Made by a program: the position numbers and the translations under genes | From: Pseudomonadota bacterium | GTDB lineage: Bacteria; Myxococcota_A; Polyangia; JAAYKL01 | Length of the DNA stretch: 64,000 bases | NCBI GenBank assembly: GCA_023229365.1 | Contig: JALNZK010000014.1 | Coordinates: 6,970-70,969 of the forward strand | Reading direction: 5' to 3' | Notes under the pieces: generated by a model | Database searches by the model: none | Seen by the model: only the letters and a program-made list of their open reading frames with translations | Told to the model about the DNA's origin: nothing | Part shown: positions 9,846-18,903 of the stretch, piece by piece | Layout: every line of letters begins with the position of its first letter | How positions within the stretch are numbered: position 1 is the stretch's first letter

Positions 9846-10094
9846 TCACCTATATTCTACAGATACACCAACTGGTTTATACTGTAAAAATCGTTCCGCA
9901 ACTTCCGGACGTACATACCATACGTGCCGTTTATATTTTATCCTGACGACTTTATGTTGTGTCACAACCTTGTTTAAATACCATTTTGCCATTCCCCTTC
10001 CAGATCCAAAATAGTCTCCTAACCACGGAGCTGATGGTGCCATACAGGTATGCCAGTTGTATTTTATAAAGTCATCAAGATCTTGTTCATTCAT
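9846..10094 (-). CDS. hypothetical protein
   Basis: ORF in operon context. Confidence 0.4.
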   Translation of the reverse strand: MNEQDLDDFIKYNWHTCMAPSAPWLGDYFGSGRGMAKWYLNKVVTQHKVVRIKYKRHVWYVRPEVAERFLQYKPVGVSVEYR

Positions 10095-10455
10095 GCTGTT
10101 GTTTTTTCTTTACTGCCATTAGTCCCTGAATAAATCCTTCTTTATAGTTGGAATCTCCTGCAATTTTCTTTATGTATTCCTCATGTGCTTTAGACATATC
10201 GCGTCTATACAAATATAATTTTTCTCCCCGTAATGCAATATCGGTTTCAAGTTCCGGATGCATATGGAGATATCTATTGAGTTTCCCGTATAAACTATCG
10301 CGTTTTTGATCTACCGGCACATTAACCTCAGCAATGTTCTCTTCTGTTTTTAAAAATTCCAATACGATGTTTGCAGAACGAGCATAACACGGCAGAATTA
10401 ATGGGATCTCTCCTTTTGAGTTTACTATTAGGTTAAATTGTTTATCTAGCGTCAT
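10087..10455 (-). CDS. hypothetical protein
   Basis: ORF. Start overlaps the neighbouring gene. Confidence 0.4.
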   Translation of the reverse strand: MTLDKQFNLIVNSKGEIPLILPCYARSANIVLEFLKTEENIAEVNVPVDQKRDSLYGKLNRYLHMHPELETDIALRGEKLYLYRRDMSKAHEEYIKKIAGDSNYKEGFIQGLMAVKKKQQHE

Positions 10456-10465
10456 GATTCTCTGT

Positions 10466-10789
10466 TTATAAAATTCGCCTTATATAAACACTGCCATGTA
10501 TTGGCATGCTTGTGTCTATATGTAATACTCCATCCATATCCTTCTCGCTTTCCCAAGTTCCCAGAATAATTTTTTCAAAATATGATTTCCGTATTGAATA
10601 CCCGGTAGATTGTATATATGCATTATGCAGGACAAATACAGCAAGTTTTGTGTCGTGAACTTCCTCTGCGTAATGCAACACAAATGCACGAATGGAGTTT
10701 GATATAGATGGTTTATTTTTCTTCTTTCGATTCATTTCATCTGTAAAATATGCATGAAGATCTCCGATCGTATCGCATCCGTCTTTCAT
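10466..10789 (-). CDS. hypothetical protein
   Basis: ORF. Confidence 0.4.
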   Translation of the reverse strand: MKDGCDTIGDLHAYFTDEMNRKKKNKPSISNSIRAFVLHYAEEVHDTKLAVFVLHNAYIQSTGYSIRKSYFEKIILGTWESEKDMDGVLHIDTSMPIHGSVYIRRIL

Positions 10790-10853
10790 AGTAATAAATA
10801 GATCTCAATACATATATCATTTAATGCAAATGATGTGGTAACATATAGGTTGT

Positions 10854-10997
10854 CTAATGCTTGCCATTTACTGAAATCCATCCACGACCACCACAATAAC
10901 TGCACTGAGTTATTTCGTATGGTGGGATATCTCCTATGATTTTTCCGGATCCTCTGCATTCTTTACATATCTTGCCTTTCTGTTTCTTTTTCGACAT
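10854..10997 (-). CDS. 47-aa Zn-ribbon protein (MSKKKQKGKICKECRGSG...CSYCGG)
   Basis: Two CxxC pairs. Below the track cutoff. Confidence 0.3.
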   Translation of the reverse strand: MSKKKQKGKICKECRGSGKIIGDIPPYEITQCSYCGGRGWISVNGKH

Positions 10998-11406
10998 TTC
11001 CCTTTGATATTATTTCTTTGATCAATTCAATCTTTTGGATTTTATAGTTGTGTTCATTTGTATTCCAAAGACCTATTTTGTCTAGAACACGGGAATTAGA
11101 TGAATAGAGATTGGCACATCTTCCCATCACAGTCTTTTTAATTGCTCTTTGTTTTACCTTTATGAGTTCTAATTGCAAGAGTCGTTTTAGAGATAGGGAG
11201 ACTGCCGGTTCATCTCTATTGGTACACATTACAATCTCTTTCATTGTTGCAGGAGACTTGATCAGTAGATATGCTAGCACATCTGAGTCTACCGCATTCA
11301 ATTTACATAATTGTAATGAGGTACTGATTTCATGTAGTTTTTCTATATCAGGCATAGATTTATTACCTCTCGTGTTAATATTTATTTCCCCAAACACAAA
11401 CAACAA
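10963..11406 (-). CDS. winged-helix (MarR/TrmB-like) transcription regulator
   Basis: DVLAYLLIKSPATMKEIVMCTNRDEPAVSLSLKRLLQLELIK HTH pattern. Confidence 0.5.
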   Translation of the reverse strand: MLFVFGEININTRGNKSMPDIEKLHEISTSLQLCKLNAVDSDVLAYLLIKSPATMKEIVMCTNRDEPAVSLSLKRLLQLELIKVKQRAIKKTVMGRCANLYSSNSRVLDKIGLWNTNEHNYKIQKIELIKEIISKGNVEKETERQDM

Positions 11407-11475
11407 GCAAGATCGGAATTGTCTTTTTCCTTTTCTTCTTGTTTAGAATCGATTGTTTGAGGAGTTGCGTCTGTC

Positions 11476-11823
11476 TTATTTTTCCGCGGTTATTCTAAGC
11501 AAGGCATTGTGTGCTGTTATAACGCATATCATATGTTTTTCCTCATAGCATTCGTCATTCCTGTAATAACAAATGGTATCTCCCTGGGATAGGTGCATAT
11601 TAATGTGATCTACGTCTACAACTTTTCCTCTATCCAGATATGACTGCAATCCAAGTTTTTCTTTTGGCTCGTAATACTTGCAAAATGTTTGTGCTTGCGT
11701 CCAGGGGTTATTAACTATCGTTGCAAAAATACAGTGGTTTAATTCTTTGGTCGCTGCACATATGTTTGATATGTGCACTGCGCCCGGGTCAGGTTTAACG
11801 TAATGTTTGCATTGTTCTGTCAT
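11476..11823 (-). CDS. hypothetical protein (MTEQ...)
   Basis: ORF. Confidence 0.4.
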   Translation of the reverse strand: MTEQCKHYVKPDPGAVHISNICAATKELNHCIFATIVNNPWTQAQTFCKYYEPKEKLGLQSYLDRGKVVDVDHINMHLSQGDTICYYRNDECYEEKHMICVITAHNALLRITAEK

Positions 11824-11850
11824 GGTTTTGCCTTGTTGTTATTCGCAGTT

Positions 11851-12093
11851 TCAAACTCCATTTTTACATTGTTTCCAAAGTTTCCTGGCTTGTTCCATAT
11901 CCGTTCCATATGGTCCACAAGCATTGCATTTGCGGCAATATACAAATACATAATTAGTGAAGAGAGTCCCTCCCTCACAATAGTCAAGATCTATGCCTTT
12001 GCAAAACGGACAAGGACAGTCTTTGCCTAGATTGTTTAGCTCTTGGATGATTAGGCGACTTCTTGATGATCCAGGCGGCCAGTTTTCAGTCAT
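11851..12093 (-). CDS. Zn-ribbon protein (MTENW...)
   Basis: CPCPFC...CRKCNAC. Confidence 0.45.
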   Translation of the reverse strand: MTENWPPGSSRSRLIIQELNNLGKDCPCPFCKGIDLDYCEGGTLFTNYVFVYCRKCNACGPYGTDMEQARKLWKQCKNGV

Positions 12094-12337
12094 GAGTATT
12101 CACCTCCCCAACCGGGCTATAATTTATACAATACTTTCGATTGGGTAAATCTAATGGGCATATAATTTCCCAAAAATCACAGTCATATACACTCGGATCA
12201 TATCTTTGCATTTCATCGCAATGGTTTACGCAATCAACTGTACTATCATTTGGCCTGCAAACATAAACCATGTCATCTTTGATGTAGACTGGCTGGCCTC
12301 GTTGGATGTATTCACCTGCTAGTAATATTTCTTTCAT
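12086..12337 (-). CDS. small Cys-containing protein
   Basis: ORF overlapping its neighbours by a few nt. Confidence 0.4.
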   Translation of the reverse strand: MKEILLAGEYIQRGQPVYIKDDMVYVCRPNDSTVDCVNHCDEMQRYDPSVYDCDFWEIICPLDLPNRKYCINYSPVGEVNTHD

Positions 12338-12729
12338 TTTAATTTCCTTATAACCCTATCTTGATTGTAAGTTGGACCTTCATGTAGGGTGAGGTTTTCA
12401 TCCTGATATTGAACAGATACACCATTAATATAAGTGGCATCTTGATTGAATTGTATATGTAAGGGTTCTCCGTTTATGGATACCCATCTGGCAATAGGTA
12501 ATATACAAGGATACAATTTAGTCACTTTAATATCTATACCTTGAATTGATAATTCGCCTATATTCAATAATTCATCGCCTTTATCCATCCTAGAACAATA
12601 AGTAGGATACTTTTCATTATGACAAGTTTTACGGTTTATGCACTTATAGCAGAATTTGTGGCCCTGACTCTTCATCTCATTGATGGTTTCTTCTTCCCGG
12701 AGGATTTGCATTTCATAATTTTCAGTCAT
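12334..12729 (-). CDS. Cys-rich protein (MTENYEMQ...)
   Basis: CYKCINRKTCHNEKYPTYC. Confidence 0.4.
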   Translation of the reverse strand: MTENYEMQILREEETINEMKSQGHKFCYKCINRKTCHNEKYPTYCSRMDKGDELLNIGELSIQGIDIKVTKLYPCILPIARWVSINGEPLHIQFNQDATYINGVSVQYQDENLTLHEGPTYNQDRVIRKLK

Positions 12730-12731
12730 GA

Positions 12732-12935
12732 TTATTCATCTCCTATATATTCACATAAAACATCCACCGTATCCGGAAAGAGACAATGGTAACCAATTAC
12801 TATGTATTTCTTGTATCCAAACATGATTATAGAATTAACTGGGGGAATCCAAGTAGAATTAGATAGATCACCCAATGGTGGATTAATCCATTTATCATAT
12901 TTAACTTCTACATATAATGTAAATTTTGGTATCAT
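12732..12935 (-). CDS. small hypothetical protein
   Basis: ORF with ATGA overlap to the upstream 42-aa gene. Confidence 0.4.
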   Translation of the reverse strand: MIPKFTLYVEVKYDKWINPPLGDLSNSTWIPPVNSIIMFGYKKYIVIGYHCLFPDTVDVLCEYIGDE

Positions 12936-13060
12936 GATTCATCTGCACCATCTTCAATTGTTCCTGATCCATTACATTGCCTACAAGTTAGATCTGTTTC
13001 AGGATCATAACCATTGCCTCTGCATCTAGGACATGTCTTTGTATACTCTTCACGAGTCAT
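12932..13060 (-). CDS. 42-aa Zn-ribbon protein (MTREEYTKTCPRC...CRQCNGSG...DES)
   Basis: Junction motif GATGAATCATGA at both ends. Confidence 0.35.
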   Translation of the reverse strand: MTREEYTKTCPRCRGNGYDPETDLTCRQCNGSGTIEDGADES

Positions 13061-13236
13061 GATTCATCCTTTATAAGTTTGAATGAAATATGCATTAGTT
13101 CAGAACTAACTCCGATTGTTTTATGACAGTGGGGGCATTTTGTTGTATAATTTTTAAATACTATATCACCAAAGTGCGATTCAAATTCTTTCCCACAGTA
13201 AACGCAAGTAATCATACCATTAATGTTGATTATCAT
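13057..13236 (-). CDS. 59-aa Zn-ribbon protein (MIININGMITCVYCG...CPHCH...DES)
   Basis: The same conserved DES-stop/ATG junction. Confidence 0.35.
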   Translation of the reverse strand: MIININGMITCVYCGKEFESHFGDIVFKNYTTKCPHCHKTIGVSSELMHISFKLIKDES

Positions 13237-13261
13237 TGAAACATTTCCTCATGAATTCGTT

Positions 13262-13330
13262 AAATGAAAGTTTCTATCCAGAGTAAGTCAACTCTGATTG
13301 ACTCTGGAGTTGGCTCATCTAGTATTATCA
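13262..13330. promoter_or_regulatory. nested palindromes (CCAGAGT...ACTCTGG, GAGTCAA...TTGACTC) in the 100-bp gap after gene 13340..13612
   Basis: Inverted repeats read directly from the sequence. A terminator or operator is possible. Confidence 0.3.
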
Positions 13331-13339
13331 TTAATTTAC

Positions 13340-13612
13340 TCACCATAATTCATCCTTTATATTGTCTACTATCATCATTGCATAGTTTGCTATGTCAGCA
13401 CAGTCATCAATACTCTTCATTTGTGTTATGTCGGTAGAACTTCGGCTCATAACTGCATCATTAAATAGTTTTTCTACGTTGACTTGGAGTTTGAGTAATA
13501 GGGTTGTGATGTCATCTTGTTTCCACCCACCCTTGAAATCGTTCTTTCGAAGTTTATCTTCCATAAGGATTGCAAAATCTTTTACTTCGGTCCTACAATA
13601 AATATCAATCAT
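13340..13612 (-). CDS. possible all-alpha NTP pyrophosphohydrolase (MazG-like)
   Basis: 90-aa helical protein with EVKDFAILMEDKLRKND...DCADIANYAMMI, reminiscent of MazG/HisE-like phage proteins. Weak call. Confidence 0.3.
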   Translation of the reverse strand: MIDIYCRTEVKDFAILMEDKLRKNDFKGGWKQDDITTLLLKLQVNVEKLFNDAVMSRSSTDITQMKSIDDCADIANYAMMIVDNIKDELW

Positions 13613-13773
13613 TTTTCTCGCATTATCTCCTGAGTTTATTGTATCCGATTTCTGATAAAATTCCTATGCTAAACACCGGGGTAACAATCAGAATGGTGAA
13701 ATATGTGGCGTACCGATATACCCTAAAACCGGAATAACCTGTCTGGCAAATTATTATGTGTCCTATTCTCATT

Positions 13774-14013
13774 CTATCCACCGATATTTTCTTTGAGTCT
13801 TCCATAACTATTTATAGTGAAGTCTTGTTCTGTTATGTTCGTAAGATTTGTTTGGTGTCTACTGCCGTTGATCTCTGATGTGTGGGTTATGGTGAGATTG
13901 TCTCCGGAGATCTTAAAGTCTGAGAAGTCATTACATGTTCGATCCATAACGTAGATGTTAATAACTCCGGCTGTAAATACCAGAAATAATAGGATAAATT
14001 GTATAATCTTCAT
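13774..14013 (-). CDS. small secreted or membrane protein
   Basis: N-terminal MKIIQFILLFLVFTAGVINIYV. Confidence 0.4.
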   Translation of the reverse strand: MKIIQFILLFLVFTAGVINIYVMDRTCNDFSDFKISGDNLTITHTSEINGSRHQTNLTNITEQDFTINSYGRLKENIGG

Positions 14014-14026
14014 TTTAACGCTCCTG

Positions 14027-14704
14027 CTATGTGTTGCATGGTTCCTCCAGTTTGTCCGATGTTGAAAATGTTAAGCCGTCAATGCGTCCTTCCATAAAAA
14101 CAAGTTGATGAGATCTGTTGATTTTGGGTCGTATGTTTTCTGTTTTGATTGATGCTACCTTGTTGTATGTTTCGGTTACCTTTGTATCTGGTATCATGGC
14201 AAGTGCAACACTGGAATTACTGGATTTCTGTTCTTTATAGTTCTGGTGGAGTCCTGCTGCAAACCCGGTTGCATATGAGTCTTCGAGATCTCTTGTGGAT
14301 TGATTGTGCCTTTTGTATTCTTTTTTGAGTTCTGTAGACCGCTTTAGTATGAATGATGTGGCGTATTTGTATACCTCCATGCATACGTCTACATCGTCTT
14401 TCAGTCCCAAAAACACAATGCATTTGGTCCCGCAATGTCTTGGCTGAATTAGACAATAACAGCTGAAGTTTGATGATATTATGCTGGCTAGCAGCATCCT
14501 CCATTTTTTATGTCTGAATGTATATTGGTGGATCTGGACTGTAATATCTGATTCTGGTATCTGGATATCTTTAATGGATAGTTTATGCTTGGATAGGAGT
14601 TCTTGGGCTTTTAATAATGCGGTGTTTGCTTCGTGTTCGTTGGTGCTAGATGACAGTTCCAGCAACTTGCTTATTTTGGATTTTATTTCAGAAATAGGTG
14701 TCAT
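14027..14704 (-). CDS. DUF2786-like protein common in phages
   Basis: N-terminal ISKLLELSSSTNEHEANTALLKAQELLSKH resembles the DUF2786 signature. Confidence 0.45.
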   Translation of the reverse strand: MTPISEIKSKISKLLELSSSTNEHEANTALLKAQELLSKHKLSIKDIQIPESDITVQIHQYTFRHKKWRMLLASIISSNFSCYCLIQPRHCGTKCIVFLGLKDDVDVCMEVYKYATSFILKRSTELKKEYKRHNQSTRDLEDSYATGFAAGLHQNYKEQKSSNSSVALAMIPDTKVTETYNKVASIKTENIRPKINRSHQLVFMEGRIDGLTFSTSDKLEEPCNT

Positions 14705-14876
14705 AATCCTCCAGTGTATTTGTGGCGTCGTCGTCTATATTGTATGATGGTGATCCGGGATTCCCATACTTGTTGCATAACTGTGGTTCTTTGTATTTGC
14801 ATCGTTTGTAATTCGCACAATCAGCACAAAAATAGATTTCGTCGCTATCTGTTATGTCTGACATGCTATGCCACAC
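14688..14876 (-). CDS. Cys-rich small protein
   Basis: YFCADCANYKRCKYKEPQLC. Confidence 0.4.
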   Translation of the reverse strand: MWHSMSDITDSDEIYFCADCANYKRCKYKEPQLCNKYGNPGSPSYNIDDDATNTLEDYDTYF

Positions 14877-15229
14877 AAATCAAGAAGTGACTTTATGGTA
14901 TATTCGTTTATGTTGCCAAGTGAGTCAAACAGATCTGATATTTGGTATATGGCATCTGCACGAACATCAGAGTCGTGAGTTATAAGTAATACTGGTGCCT
15001 GAATTGCAAAACAACTACGATATCTGAGTTCGCATAGGGCATTTTTGCTTTGCATATCCTCAGTTATATACGGAATATTATATGCATCTAGTTTCTCTTT
15101 GAGTTTTTCGCAATTTGGACAGTTTTCTAACGTAAAAATGGTTATTGTAATGTCTGGGTCATTCATTTGGTTCACCTTGGGATTTAATTGGTTCTGGGGT
15201 TTTATGGATAAAGTTGCCTTCCGAGTCAA
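14852..15229 (-). CDS. glutaredoxin/NrdH-like redoxin
   Basis: ITIFTLENCPNCEKLKEKLDAYNIPY: a CPxC active site in a thioredoxin-fold context. Confidence 0.55.
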   Translation of the reverse strand: MTRKATLSIKPQNQLNPKVNQMNDPDITITIFTLENCPNCEKLKEKLDAYNIPYITEDMQSKNALCELRYRSCFAIQAPVLLITHDSDVRADAIYQISDLFDSLGNINEYTIKSLLDLCGIACQT

Positions 15230-15548
15230 ACATTTCAGGATGTGTTTTTTTAAGCCATAATTCAGATCTTTTCCTGTGGATCTCTGAATATTCTATCCAG
15301 TGTTTTTTATGGAGTGGTGGTATGATAAACGGCAGAGTTAGGGATCCCGGGTGTGCTTTGTCTACGCTAAATATCCAGGATAATTCCGAGTTGGCGTCAT
15401 TAAATTCTGGGTTTCCCATGGCTCTGTTTATCATAAGAAATGCTGCATTTAGGAATACCAGGTCCCCCCTGGTAATCCGTATTGTTTTTACCACGTCTTT
15501 TAGCGTTGATCTTGGATCGACTGGTGTGTCTCTTGCAGGTTTAATCAT
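15159..15548 (-). CDS. hypothetical protein
   Basis: ORF. Confidence 0.4.
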   Translation of the reverse strand: MIKPARDTPVDPRSTLKDVVKTIRITRGDLVFLNAAFLMINRAMGNPEFNDANSELSWIFSVDKAHPGSLTLPFIIPPLHKKHWIEYSEIHRKRSELWLKKTHPEMFDSEGNFIHKTPEPIKSQGEPNE

Positions 15549-15873
15549 GTTGTCGCCTCATGAGTTTATCTGAGAATTGTTTGAATCTGTTTAGCAATCT
15601 TACTGTTATATTTCCTTCAACACAGTTTAACATATTACGCAGACATTCTTCACATATGCGGGGATATTCGCGGTGATCGATTCTATACTCGTCCATATCC
15701 CAGAATGATGTAGTGTGGACGACTCTTGGCTGTATGTTTATTGAGATGTCCACGTAATGATATAGTTTGCGGCCACATGCATTACAATATATGGGATCAT
15801 CTGGAATTTCCTTGATTTTACTCAAGTCGATTACAGATGCCATGCACAGGTTACCAAATGATTTTTCCCCCAT
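15541..15873 (-). CDS. Zn-finger protein
   Basis: CNACGRK...CEEC. Confidence 0.4.
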   Translation of the reverse strand: MGEKSFGNLCMASVIDLSKIKEIPDDPIYCNACGRKLYHYVDISINIQPRVVHTTSFWDMDEYRIDHREYPRICEECLRNMLNCVEGNITVRLLNRFKQFSDKLMRRQHD

Positions 15874-15876
15874 GTT

Positions 15877-16155
15877 TTAGTCCTCATAGTATAGTCGAAC
15901 AAAGTTTAATGTGGTGTTGCCGGGGTGTTCTCCTTCCTTTATCCACAGTCGATACTTTGGCCTCCCGTAATATTGGATGTGTTGTTTTAGTAGTCGCTGA
16001 ACCATTTTGGATATATAGTTCATTGAGTAGTCTTTTCCGTTCGATGCCTTCATCCAAGAGTTTATGCCTGTTCTTACGTAAAGGATTTCATTGCCTTTTT
16101 TCTTGATTACTATGTGTTTTACACTTGCAACTTCGATTTGTTTTGTTAGTTTCAT
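15877..16155 (-). CDS. hypothetical basic protein
   Basis: ORF. Confidence 0.4.
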   Translation of the reverse strand: MKLTKQIEVASVKHIVIKKKGNEILYVRTGINSWMKASNGKDYSMNYISKMVQRLLKQHIQYYGRPKYRLWIKEGEHPGNTTLNFVRLYYED

Positions 16156-16272
16156 AAGAAATCACACCGGAATATTAGTTTTAGATTTGTTGATCGTAAT
16201 GTCGGGTTTCCATTTATCATGCTATATTTTCCTCATTGGGTTAATTTGTATGTAATTTTTTGCCTTATTGTA

Positions 16273-16638
16273 TCATTCTTCGAACTTTGTTGAGTGAGGA
16301 CAATGTTCTGGGAATGGACATATCCCGGCTTTAATTTTTTCCTGGTCGTCTGTAGATAGTTCAGTGTCGTTCTGTAAGATGCATTCTGTTAATTCACATG
16401 CCATTTTTTCTCCGAATTGCTCATTTATGTCTGATATGATAGATCCTAATATGAGGTCATATGACTGTTTTATTAGGTTTGCTGTTTTTAATTTGTCTAT
16501 ACTATGGTTTATGTATGGAGATACGTCAACCATCATGGCAAATGTGTCAAATTTACCAGTTTTTGTTCTATACCAGAATGCTGTCTCATATGAGAATGGC
16601 GCTGTCTGGATTATTGTGCTGAAGCTTGTGGATGTCAT
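16273..16638 (-). CDS. hypothetical protein
   Basis: ORF. Confidence 0.4.
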   Translation of the reverse strand: MTSTSFSTIIQTAPFSYETAFWYRTKTGKFDTFAMMVDVSPYINHSIDKLKTANLIKQSYDLILGSIISDINEQFGEKMACELTECILQNDTELSTDDQEKIKAGICPFPEHCPHSTKFEE

Positions 16639-16689
16639 AATAGATCATCAGATATGTGGATTTACTGATTTCATAGTGTTACCGCTTGC

Positions 16690-16745
16690 GATTGGCGGGA
16701 ATGGGGTTTGATCCCACTCCTGCCTATTGTATCTCCCTGGAGAAG
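16690..16745 (+). promoter_or_regulatory. orphan copy of the conserved leader (…CTATTGTATCTCCCTGGAGAAGAAAGAA-ATG) on the plus strand, followed only by an 11-codon ORF
   Basis: Matches the CCCTGGAGAAAAGAAATG leader seen before the 27.3-32.1 kb genes. Confidence 0.3.
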
Positions 16746-16919
16746 AAAGAAATGAAAAAACATCGGACCTATGTTGTCCCTACATAGTTTAGCCTCCGTG
16801 CCCAGAGTAAAGATTATGTGGGACTGAACCCATCATAACCTCCCACATATTTTCTACACCCAGTGATTTTCTGCTCTGGAATTTTTGTTCCGTCATTGCA
16901 GGAGTCAATTGAAAATATG

Positions 16920-17159
16920 TTATACGTTGAATATTGCAATGTCATCTGCAATATCTGCTGATTTCTTTAGTTCTGCTCTTACTAGGGTTCTTGAGATGTT
17001 TTCAAGTTTGTTTATTTTCTGCTGAAGTTCTGTAATAGTTAGTTCCGTTTCTTTTATTCTGTCTTTGAGATATGACAGTTCATTCTTAAGATTTTCAATT
17101 TCTGGATCTGGTTTTATTTCAGATATATAAGATGTTAATTGTGGTAACTTTTTGCTCAT
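16920..17159 (-). CDS. coiled-coil protein
   Basis: Heptad-rich LKNELSYLKDRIKETELTITELQQKINKLEN. Confidence 0.4.
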   Translation of the reverse strand: MSKKLPQLTSYISEIKPDPEIENLKNELSYLKDRIKETELTITELQQKINKLENISRTLVRAELKKSADIADDIAIFNV

Positions 17160-18050
17160 TGTGGTTCCTCGGTTAGAATTCTGTTTATTATCTTATTTAT
17201 AGTATTGGTTTCGTTAAGATATGTCGATTGTAGGATTTGAACCTACTTCTGTGGCTTGAGACCACCGTCTTTACCAATCTAATAAAATACAAATGATAGA
17301 TCTATATTTCCCACGGGCATGATTTTATTAGACCAGACCAAATCGACAATGGGAATTGTTAACATTCTTTGAAATGGCACCAGTGAGATTCGCACTCACG
17401 TAGCCCTACGGCGGCAGATTTTGAGTTTGTTGTTCTCTGGTAACAGGCTGACCCGTCGTGGGTCGATTTAAGCTGACTTTACAGACACCCTCATATGAAG
17501 CAATTAGTCGCTACACGCTGCTGGTTCTTCATAGTTTCTGATACCAGAGATAACCAGAATCGGGGATCGAACCCGAACGGCGCTACATGTGCCAACCCAC
17601 TTCCGGTTTTTGTTATAACTCATCCTGATGATCGGATGTAGAGGGTTTGAACCTCCATTGATCTCATATCAAACATCCGATAGGCTGATTGTTTTTATAG
17701 AGGTATCAACCTATGAATTTAACCTCTTTTTGATTCAAACGTCTTTAAATCTCATCCATTTCTGGATAACCGAATAGTGGAATTTAACCACAATTCAATC
17801 AGACTTATGGAGGTCTTACCCCTGATTTGACCCAGGGATAAGATTATTGTTATTTGCGACAGGAAGTTGAGTAAGTTTCCTGTATGAGTTATATTTGCGA
17901 AGGGTATCAGTCTGATGAGGATAAAATGTTTGTACTAAGTAGGTGCATTCGATGGCTTGTTTCCGTGTCTTGTGGTCCTCCTGTAGTTGTTTGGCCTCAC
18001 CAAGATGTGATTATTGGATCACCGGCCAAAAAAGTTTGAGTTAATAAGGT
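17160..18050. other. non-coding tract rich in tRNA-like fragments and hairpins
   Basis: No ORF of 60 aa or more on either strand. GC is higher than the surroundings. T-arm-like GTAGGATTTGAACCTAC (17230-17246), T-arm plus acceptor strand ACCAGAA-TCGGGGATCGAACCCGA (17553-17576), and a hairpin GACCCGTCGTGGGTC (17452-17466). Confidence 0.5.
17632..17680 (-). ncRNA. tRNA-like mini-element: 7-bp acceptor stem (CGGATGT/ACATCCG), T-arm GGAGGTTCAAACCCTCT and a D-like hairpin, but no anticodon arm
   Basis: Complementarity read directly. Not a canonical tRNA. Confidence 0.3.
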
Positions 18051-18340
18051 TAATAAGCTCTGCTTATTATGTAATTCGACTGAGCCACAACTTCTGATGT
18101 GTTTGTTGTCAGGTTGTTATAGATGGTCAGGGTTGCAGCAAGAGATGCCTGTTGTCCTGTAACATAAAGTACTGATTGGTTTGTGATGAACTCACCATAG
18201 TAAAGTGGTGTCGCCCCACCTGCAATAACCAGGGACTTTGATGTTACGTTTATGGTCTGATTGGTATCTGCCATTGCGATACTAGATAGCATCAGTAATG
18301 TTGCTATCAGAAGAACTATGTAAAGCGCTTTTGTCTCCAT
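18050..18340 (-). CDS. secreted protein with signal peptide (probable start METKALYIVLLIATLLMLSSIAMA)
   Basis: Hydrophobic signal, then a Thr/Asn-rich mature part. Confidence 0.45.
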   Translation of the reverse strand: METKALYIVLLIATLLMLSSIAMADTNQTINVTSKSLVIAGGATPLYYGEFITNQSVLYVTGQQASLAATLTIYNNLTTNTSEVVAQSNYIISRAY

Positions 18341-18365
18341 AATATGTGGTTGGTGTTCCCTGGTA

Positions 18366-18545
18366 TTATTTTTGTTGGATGATAATACCACATTTTGGAT
18401 ATTTTGCTGGGATTTTTCCTGGCGGTCCGAGGTATATGTGATAAAATTTGCAGGAGTATCCGGATTTCTGTCCGTTTATCAGGTACCCGCAATGGTTGCA
18501 TGTTGGTGGGGTTTCTATGTCATCTTTAAATAGTTTTTTTGCCAT
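18366..18545 (-). CDS. 59-aa Zn-ribbon protein (MAKKLFKDD...CNHCG...CKFYH...CG)
   Basis: Below the track cutoff. Preceded by another 48-aa Cys-rich ORF (about 18546-18692). Confidence 0.3.
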   Translation of the reverse strand: MAKKLFKDDIETPPTCNHCGYLINGQKSGYSCKFYHIYLGPPGKIPAKYPKCGIIIQQK

Positions 18546-18903
18546 GTTACCACTTCTTTTGTGGGCATGATATCATTTGGTACCGGAGGTCTCCGGATAT
18601 GTTGCATTTATACATTCCGTTTTTTACTGAACTTTCTGTGCAGTCTCTACATGAGTTTATTTGTTTGAATTCGTTGTTGTTTCTGTCTGTCATATATCAT
18701 TCCTCAATTTATGCTTAATTGTTTCCATAATATTAGCATCTCACGTTGTGATTCTCTGTCTAAATTTCCGATTTCATACATTATGGTTGTTAATTCTGGT
18801 GTAAAAAATATGCTGTGGACCTTTATCTGGTGGTATATCACACCGGAGAATGAGCGAGTTGTTAATTTAAGTGTCATATCATCACTATGTTATCCCAATA
18901 TTG

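Noticed and set aside
17221-17300. A complete tRNA gene ending at the GGTTCAAATCC T-arm
   Set aside because: The acceptor-stem partner (GTCGATT) lies about 140 nt away and no anticodon stem pairs properly. I could not fold a cloverleaf, so I report only tRNA-like fragments.
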